Source: Cytophagales bacterium (GTDB lineage: Bacteria > Bacteroidota > Bacteroidia > Cytophagales > JAAEPT01). From it: 64,000 nucleotides of DNA. The stretch is from contig OZ253953.1 in the NCBI GenBank assembly GCA_965267335.1, positions 1,282,639 through 1,346,638 on the forward strand, read 5' to 3'. Numbering within the stretch: the stretch's first letter is position 1; the number at the start of each line of letters is the position of its first letter. Under the pieces are notes generated by a model, which ran no database searches, was not told the DNA's origin, and was given only the letters and a program-made list of their open reading frames with translations. Shown piece after piece: positions 59,669 to 64,000 of the stretch. A program made the translations under genes and the position numbers.

Positions 59669-61239
59669 AGTTTAAAAAGGTTCTTATTCAAGGTTGAAAG
59701 GAAATACATCCCAGCAAGAATGCTTTCTTTGTTTTCAAGCAGTTTGGTATTGTTATCTCGGGTTGCTTTCTGGATAAGCGGTTCGTCAAATCCAGAAAAA
59801 TCAGCATTATTTAAAATCGACTCAATGCTAAGACCAATTTCATCTAGAAATTTAAATACACTTTCGGCACCCGTTGTGGAAGTCCATAGTTGTTGAAGTT
59901 TTTCTGAGGTAAAACTTTGATACTTCTGGCTAAGGATTGATACTTGCTCAGTGAATATTTCATTTCTGGAAGTATTTAAGGTTGGAGAGAGTAATTCTTT
60001 AATCCCTTGATTTAAGGGGATTTCTTTTATTGATTTGGAGTTTCCGTAGTAAAACTTAAATGACCATTCAGGTGATTTAGACTTCGGGTTATTAGATAGT
60101 TCAAAACGTACACCACTTCCATACCTTAGGTGGGGTATGGCAAATTGAAATTTTCTGTTGGCTGGATACTTTCTTTTTGGTAATCCCAAGTAAGAGGGAT
60201 AGGCTTTTAGCTGTGGTTTATGATGATAGTATGTTGAGTTTTTTGGGGATTGTACTTTGCTTGGCGAAATCTCCAGCATACTTTGAAATATATAGTAAGT
60301 AAGAGTAGGAGGAACTGCATTACCTATCATTTTAAATTTTGAATTGAGCGTTCTTCCATAAAATTGATAGGTGATTGGAAAGCCTTGAATGACTCCTCTT
60401 TCTCTGACGTTTAAGCGTCTAAACCCAGTTTTGGAGCCAACGATTATACTTTCCCTCGATACTCTGGTGCAAGTAGCAGTAACTGTGCGACTAGGGCGAT
60501 CCAGTCGATCAGGAAATGCCATCTTGTTATAAATAGGATGAAAGGTTTTAGCGTCTTTATTTATCCGTTCTTCGTCAGGAGTAAGATCAACTTCATTTTC
60601 TAGTTCGGAAACTTCTTCTCTGGGCAATGAGTATCCATAGTTAGGGTCAGTGATTTGGTCCTTGTCTAAAGCGGAGAGTACTGTTCCGAGGGTAATTGGT
60701 TTAATGTTACTCTTATAGGCCTCGAATAACTCTATTGGGAAGTTACCCGCGATCATTCTTTTTCTGTTCTGGGGAGTTCCATAGTCTGCAGAATCAACAA
60801 CTTTTATTACTGTAACTAATTTTTTAAATTTCTGTAAGGCGCCTTTTTCAAGTTCTTTTTCAAGAATACCAGCAACTCTGGGTACATTTTCCATAGCCCA
60901 GTATTTAGGCTTTAAGTAGTCTACAATTTCTAGAAACTTATATATGTCTACCAACCCATCTTGTATGTCACCATTGCCTCCGCGATTGGAAAATGAAAAC
61001 TGAGTACAAGGTGGACTTCCTACTATGAAATCAATTTTTTGTTTGAACTTAAGGTCTTCTGAAACTTTTAGATTTCGAATATTAATTTCCTGGTGATTCG
61101 TGCCGAAATTTAAATTGTGCGTGTGGTTAGCCTCATGCCACCACTCGTATGAAGCTACATTTTTTATCCCGGAAAGTTTCATTCCAAGTGTCCAACCGCC
61201 TATTCCACTATATAAATCGATTGCTGATTTCATAGACAT
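59665..61239 (-). CDS. DNA (cytosine-5)-methyltransferase with a ~205-aa C-terminal extension
   Basis: 524 aa with motif I DLYSGIGG, IV GSPPCTQFS, VI ENV, VIII QNRKR, IX RRLNVRERGVIQGFP and X GNAVPP (~aa 316). The stop overlaps the endonuclease start (ATGA). Confidence 0.9.
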   Translation of the reverse strand: MSMKSAIDLYSGIGGWTLGMKLSGIKNVASYEWWHEANHTHNLNFGTNHQEINIRNLKVSEDLKFKQKIDFIVGSPPCTQFSFSNRGGNGDIQDGLVDIYKFLEIVDYLKPKYWAMENVPRVAGILEKELEKGALQKFKKLVTVIKVVDSADYGTPQNRKRMIAGNFPIELFEAYKSNIKPITLGTVLSALDKDQITDPNYGYSLPREEVSELENEVDLTPDEERINKDAKTFHPIYNKMAFPDRLDRPSRTVTATCTRVSRESIIVGSKTGFRRLNVRERGVIQGFPITYQFYGRTLNSKFKMIGNAVPPTLTYYIFQSMLEISPSKVQSPKNSTYYHHKPQLKAYPSYLGLPKRKYPANRKFQFAIPHLRYGSGVRFELSNNPKSKSPEWSFKFYYGNSKSIKEIPLNQGIKELLSPTLNTSRNEIFTEQVSILSQKYQSFTSEKLQQLWTSTTGAESVFKFLDEIGLSIESILNNADFSGFDEPLIQKATRDNNTKLLENKESILAGMYFLSTLNKNLFKL

Positions 61240-61788
61240 CTATAAAGATAGTGAATATTGAGCTTCAATATTAGTACTGTGAATAAGTTATGATACGATG
61301 ATATATGTAATGAATTGACTATTCTAACCTTTGCTAATCAGAATCCAGGTTTAAATATCTCAAAAACCTTACATATCTTATTTGGCTCTGGACTGTTAAA
61401 AAAATGACTTTTTTGGGAGCACTTCTTTTATGACTCCGTTAACTGGATTTGTTGCCATGAAAAAATAGGTATTAGTAATGTAGAAACATTCTTTTTAAGA
61501 TCAGGTAGCTAAATGAACAGTCTTTTGCAACTCAAATTCAAACAATTGAATATTAAAAAAGTACAATAGAAATTTTAAAATTCATTTCACTTTTTAGATC
61601 TAAATTTAACTAAAATACCCGTGAACTTACGCTATTGACACATTGTAACTCTTTGATTACCTTGCGCTTCCATTTGAATTATGGATTAAGTACAATTATT
61701 TTTCATCAGCGTGAAGTATTACTTAATAGGGCTATTTAGTGTTTCAATTATCACATTTGTGCAGGCACAAAAGTGTGAAATTGTTTTT

Positions 61789-61860
61789 CAGCTGCTACAG
61801 ATATCATTGAGGTATCGGTACCGTGCATAGGGATAGGGGTTGCTGGATTGTAAGATGCAT
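61789..61860 (-). pseudogene. Remnant (~23 codons) of a FemAB/GNAT-like paralogue
   Basis: The minus strand reads CILQSSNPYPYARYRYLNDICSS*, against CILQSSYPYPYARYRYLSDICTSW in the intact gene (58890-58965). Nucleotide identity is about 80% over ~70 bp, with no homology on either side. Confidence 0.6.
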
Positions 61861-62091
61861 TTTTTTACTAATCTCTTAATACTTTCAGGGTGTCTCGGTT
61901 AGGTTCATATTCCAATTTTTTTACAAAAACTAAGAATCTTGGTGTATCAATCATAACTAATTAATCGTGTTGTTAATCTTTTAAACCAATTTTTTGTTTT
62001 TAGCTTAAATTGAAATTTATTTCTTCTCTTTTTGCAGCGTTTCATTCCGATAGTGGCTAGTACATACAGAGTATCACAAAACTTTAGACTA

Positions 62092-62475
62092 ATGAGAACT
62101 ATCATCATATTTACGCTGATGCTATTTTCAGGAATAGGTGTCTTTGCCCAGAGCAATAAACAGACTGCGATTGATAATATCAACGCCAGAAAAATTTCCC
62201 ATGCCCAACATTTTGAGCTGAGAGGTGGCAGTAAAATAGAGTCCTGCAATAAGAAGTACAAGGTGAGCATGGATTTGTCCGGCAAGCAGATCAGCTATTT
62301 CTACAACGAAGAACTGGAAAGCTGGTTTGTAAAAGTTACTTCCACCGAAAAAGATATTATTGTAACAGACTTGAAAAGTAACCGCAAGATCAGGTTACGG
62401 GAAAGGTTCTACGAAGTGAAAGATAAAGCGGAAGCCCAAAGTGTGTTAGCTGATCTGCAAGCGCTGAAAGAATAA
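62092..62475 (+). CDS. Small secreted protein of unknown function
   Basis: ATG at 62092 gives MRTIIIFTLMLFSGIGVFAQ (signal peptide). 127 aa, with a strong terminator downstream. Confidence 0.6.
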   Translation: MRTIIIFTLMLFSGIGVFAQSNKQTAIDNINARKISHAQHFELRGGSKIESCNKKYKVSMDLSGKQISYFYNEELESWFVKVTSTEKDIIVTDLKSNRKIRLRERFYEVKDKAEAQSVLADLQALKE

Positions 62476-62484
62476 CGGAAACAT

Positions 62485-62547
62485 GGGAAGTGAATATGAA
62501 AGCTGATGAAAAAACAAAGCCCTTTCATACTCATTTCCCTTTTTTTG
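62485..62547 (+). terminator. Long-stem rho-independent terminator
   Basis: gggaagtgaatatgaaag / ctttcatactcatttccc gives 16 of 18 paired positions with a 19-nt loop, followed by a T8 run. Confidence 0.7.
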
Positions 62548-62719
62548 TCTTTGCCACTCCCTTTTCTTCTTCTATTTTCTCCACTTCTTCTATAATCTCA
62601 TCAAACAAATCTTCCCTGGGTGATTCTTCATCATCCATTAATTCCCTTTTGAGCTTTTCACTGATCTGCCCTTTCTTTTTAGGTGTATGCACTTTCTTTA
62701 TTCCGTTTGCTATATTCAC
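62531..62719 (-). CDS. Possible small, highly charged protein downstream of the ECF sigma factor gene
   Basis: 62 aa (…DDEESPREDLFDEIIEEVEKIEEEKG…). It overlaps the sigma-factor 3' end by 41 nt. Its last codons are encoded by the terminator U-tract, so it may be fortuitous. Confidence 0.3.
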   Translation of the reverse strand: MNIANGIKKVHTPKKKGQISEKLKRELMDDEESPREDLFDEIIEEVEKIEEEKGVAKTKKGK

Positions 62720-63263
62720 TTATCAGGAACTCTCTTGCACGGTAAAATTGCGATCTGCTGGTACTGGGGGTGATTGCTAATAGCTCCGCAATTTCAATAT
62801 GACTATAACCATCAATAGCAGCCAGGTTAAATACCGTTCGTTGTCTTATCGGCAACTTCCCGATCAAAGACTTCAGTTCATTCAAAGTTAACTGATCTGC
62901 TATTGGGACAAAACTAAGTTCGTCTTCAATTTCATCATTAAATTCTATTAATTCCATCCGATGTTTCTTTTTTATGTGCCGGATGGCTTCATGCACTACA
63001 ATTTTGTATATCCATCCCTGAAGACCTGCCTTCTGGGCATCATATTGATGAAAATTCAATAAAATACTTATGAAAGCATCATGCAGTACATCTTCGGCAT
63101 CTTTTTTATCGACCATAAACCTTTTTGCAACGGCAAACATTTTAGGAGCAAATAACTTATATAGGGCTTTGCGGGCATCGCGGTTGCCAACTTTGCAGCC
63201 CGCAATTAGTTGTTCTTGAGTAGTATCCACTTTGGTGTCAGTTGAAGTGTGAATTTCAATCAT
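62679..63263 (-). CDS. ECF-type RNA polymerase sigma-70 family factor
   Basis: Region 2 is (A..D.EDVLHDAFI....F.....F..W...I..). Region 4 is (LP...R.VF.L..IDGYSH.EIAELL.I...TS.SQ..RAR..L). I prefer the ATG at 63263 (MIEIHTS) to 63314. Confidence 0.85.
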   Translation of the reverse strand: MIEIHTSTDTKVDTTQEQLIAGCKVGNRDARKALYKLFAPKMFAVAKRFMVDKKDAEDVLHDAFISILLNFHQYDAQKAGLQGWIYKIVVHEAIRHIKKKHRMELIEFNDEIEDELSFVPIADQLTLNELKSLIGKLPIRQRTVFNLAAIDGYSHIEIAELLAITPSTSRSQFYRAREFLISEYSKRNKESAYT

Positions 63264-63552
63264 AATTAAAAAAATACGTAAGTCATATCCTTTGCCAACT
63301 AACTGGCCTGACATCCTTAAAAAATACAGGAATCCTTTATCATTAAAGCATAAGAGTATTACCTAAATTCTTATAAGTTATTCATTTATTTGAGTTGAAG
63401 TAAATGGAACTAACATACTCAAAAATAGTTATTTATAAAACAATTCTTTTTCTCTCCCGGCTCTTAGCTCCGATTTTTTTTTCAAAATGTATTGCAGCAC
63501 GGGGACGCCTTTCAGACTAAATAATAGTAGGAAGCACCCTAAAAAATGTCAG

Positions 63553-64000
63553 ATGAAAGGAAAAGTATTGATTGTTCAAATTATTGTTTTGGCCACCTGC
63601 TTTATCGCCTATGATGTGATACGCAGAACCCCACCTGAAAAGGTGGGTTACGTACGTACTCGTGACCTGCTCGAAAACTTCAAAGGCCTGGAAGAAGCCC
63701 GGCTCATTTATGATCAAAAAAAGGAAAACTGGACAGCGAACCTCGATAGCTTGAAAATGGATTTAAACAAAACGGTCTCCCTGGTCAATGAACAGACCGA
63801 TCCGGGGTTGAAACAGAATGCCTACCTGACCCTACAGCACCAGCAAAAGAATTTGACTCAGTATGCCGCTTTGTTGGATGAAAAGGCAGCCGAAGAAGAT
63901 GCGAGACTAACAGCCGGAGTGATCAAACAGATCAATGAGTTCATTGAAGACTACGGGAAGGAACATGGCTATACCCTGATCCTGGGAATTACCGAATCAG
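63553..64000 (+). CDS. OmpH/Skp-family periplasmic chaperone, 3'-partial (runs off the right edge)
   Basis: It is not in the ORF track because no stop is reached. ATG at 63553 gives MKGKVLIVQIIVLATCFIAYD...KVGYVRTRDLLENFKGLEEARLIYDQKKENW...IKQINEFIEDYGKEHGYTLILG, the typical OmpH pattern. Confidence 0.75.
   Translation, partial: MKGKVLIVQIIVLATCFIAYDVIRRTPPEKVGYVRTRDLLENFKGLEEARLIYDQKKENWTANLDSLKMDLNKTVSLVNEQTDPGLKQNAYLTLQHQQKNLTQYAALLDEKAAEEDARLTAGVIKQINEFIEDYGKEHGYTLILGITES

Noticed and set aside
62490-62780. A plus-strand 96-aa ORF (Ser/Phe-rich).
   Set aside because: It has low-complexity composition and is antisense to the sigma-factor 3' end and the small charged ORF. Its 5' half lies inside the terminator of the upstream plus-strand gene (its start is in the loop and it runs through the right arm and T-run).
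63517-63717. A minus-strand 66-aa ORF.
   Set aside because: It is antisense to the clearly OmpH-like plus-strand CDS that starts at 63553 and runs off the window.

Overview
This is a 64-kb chromosomal segment that looks like a Bacteroidota genome. The phylum call rests on T9SS type-B (gliding-motility/CHU_C-like) C-terminal sorting domains, SprB repeats, TTTG-N19-20-TAnnTTTG promoter boxes, and the rny-zapA-pheT and rplM-rpsI-rpsB-tsf clusters. No database search was possible, so every family assignment is from motifs I recognise in the translated ORFs.

Positions 1-18344 hold two paralogous giant repeat adhesin genes. One runs off the left edge. The other is about 14.3 kb and is split into two ORFs by a local sequence scramble at 9557-9570. 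Together they carry about 58 copies of a 71-73-aa module arranged in 651-bp and 1308-bp higher-order repeats. Many copies are identical at protein level but differ at synonymous sites.

The rest is mostly housekeeping: sucD, rny, zapA, pheT, radC, rpsT, ispD, queA, recA, ribosomal proteins, tsf, peptidases and cell-wall enzymes. Small accessory insertions interrupt it:
- a ParE/RelE toxin-antitoxin pair (29867-30375);
- a tightly coupled dinB-dnaE2 mutagenesis pair behind an inverted-repeat operator candidate (31680-36005);
- a non-coding tandem array with a 197-bp unit next to recA (39628-40215);
- a strictly phased TAAGANN x10 heptamer array (58021-58090);
- an AT-rich restriction-modification islet (59057-61239), with a BglII-fold endonuclease translationally coupled to an m5C methyltransferase that carries a ~205-aa extra C-terminal domain, followed by gene remnants.

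No rRNA, tRNA, CRISPR array, transposase or integrase was recognised. I found no clear multi-gene novel system. The best candidates for follow-up are the 197-bp array, the codon-diversified adhesin repeats, the R-M islet and the heptamer array.
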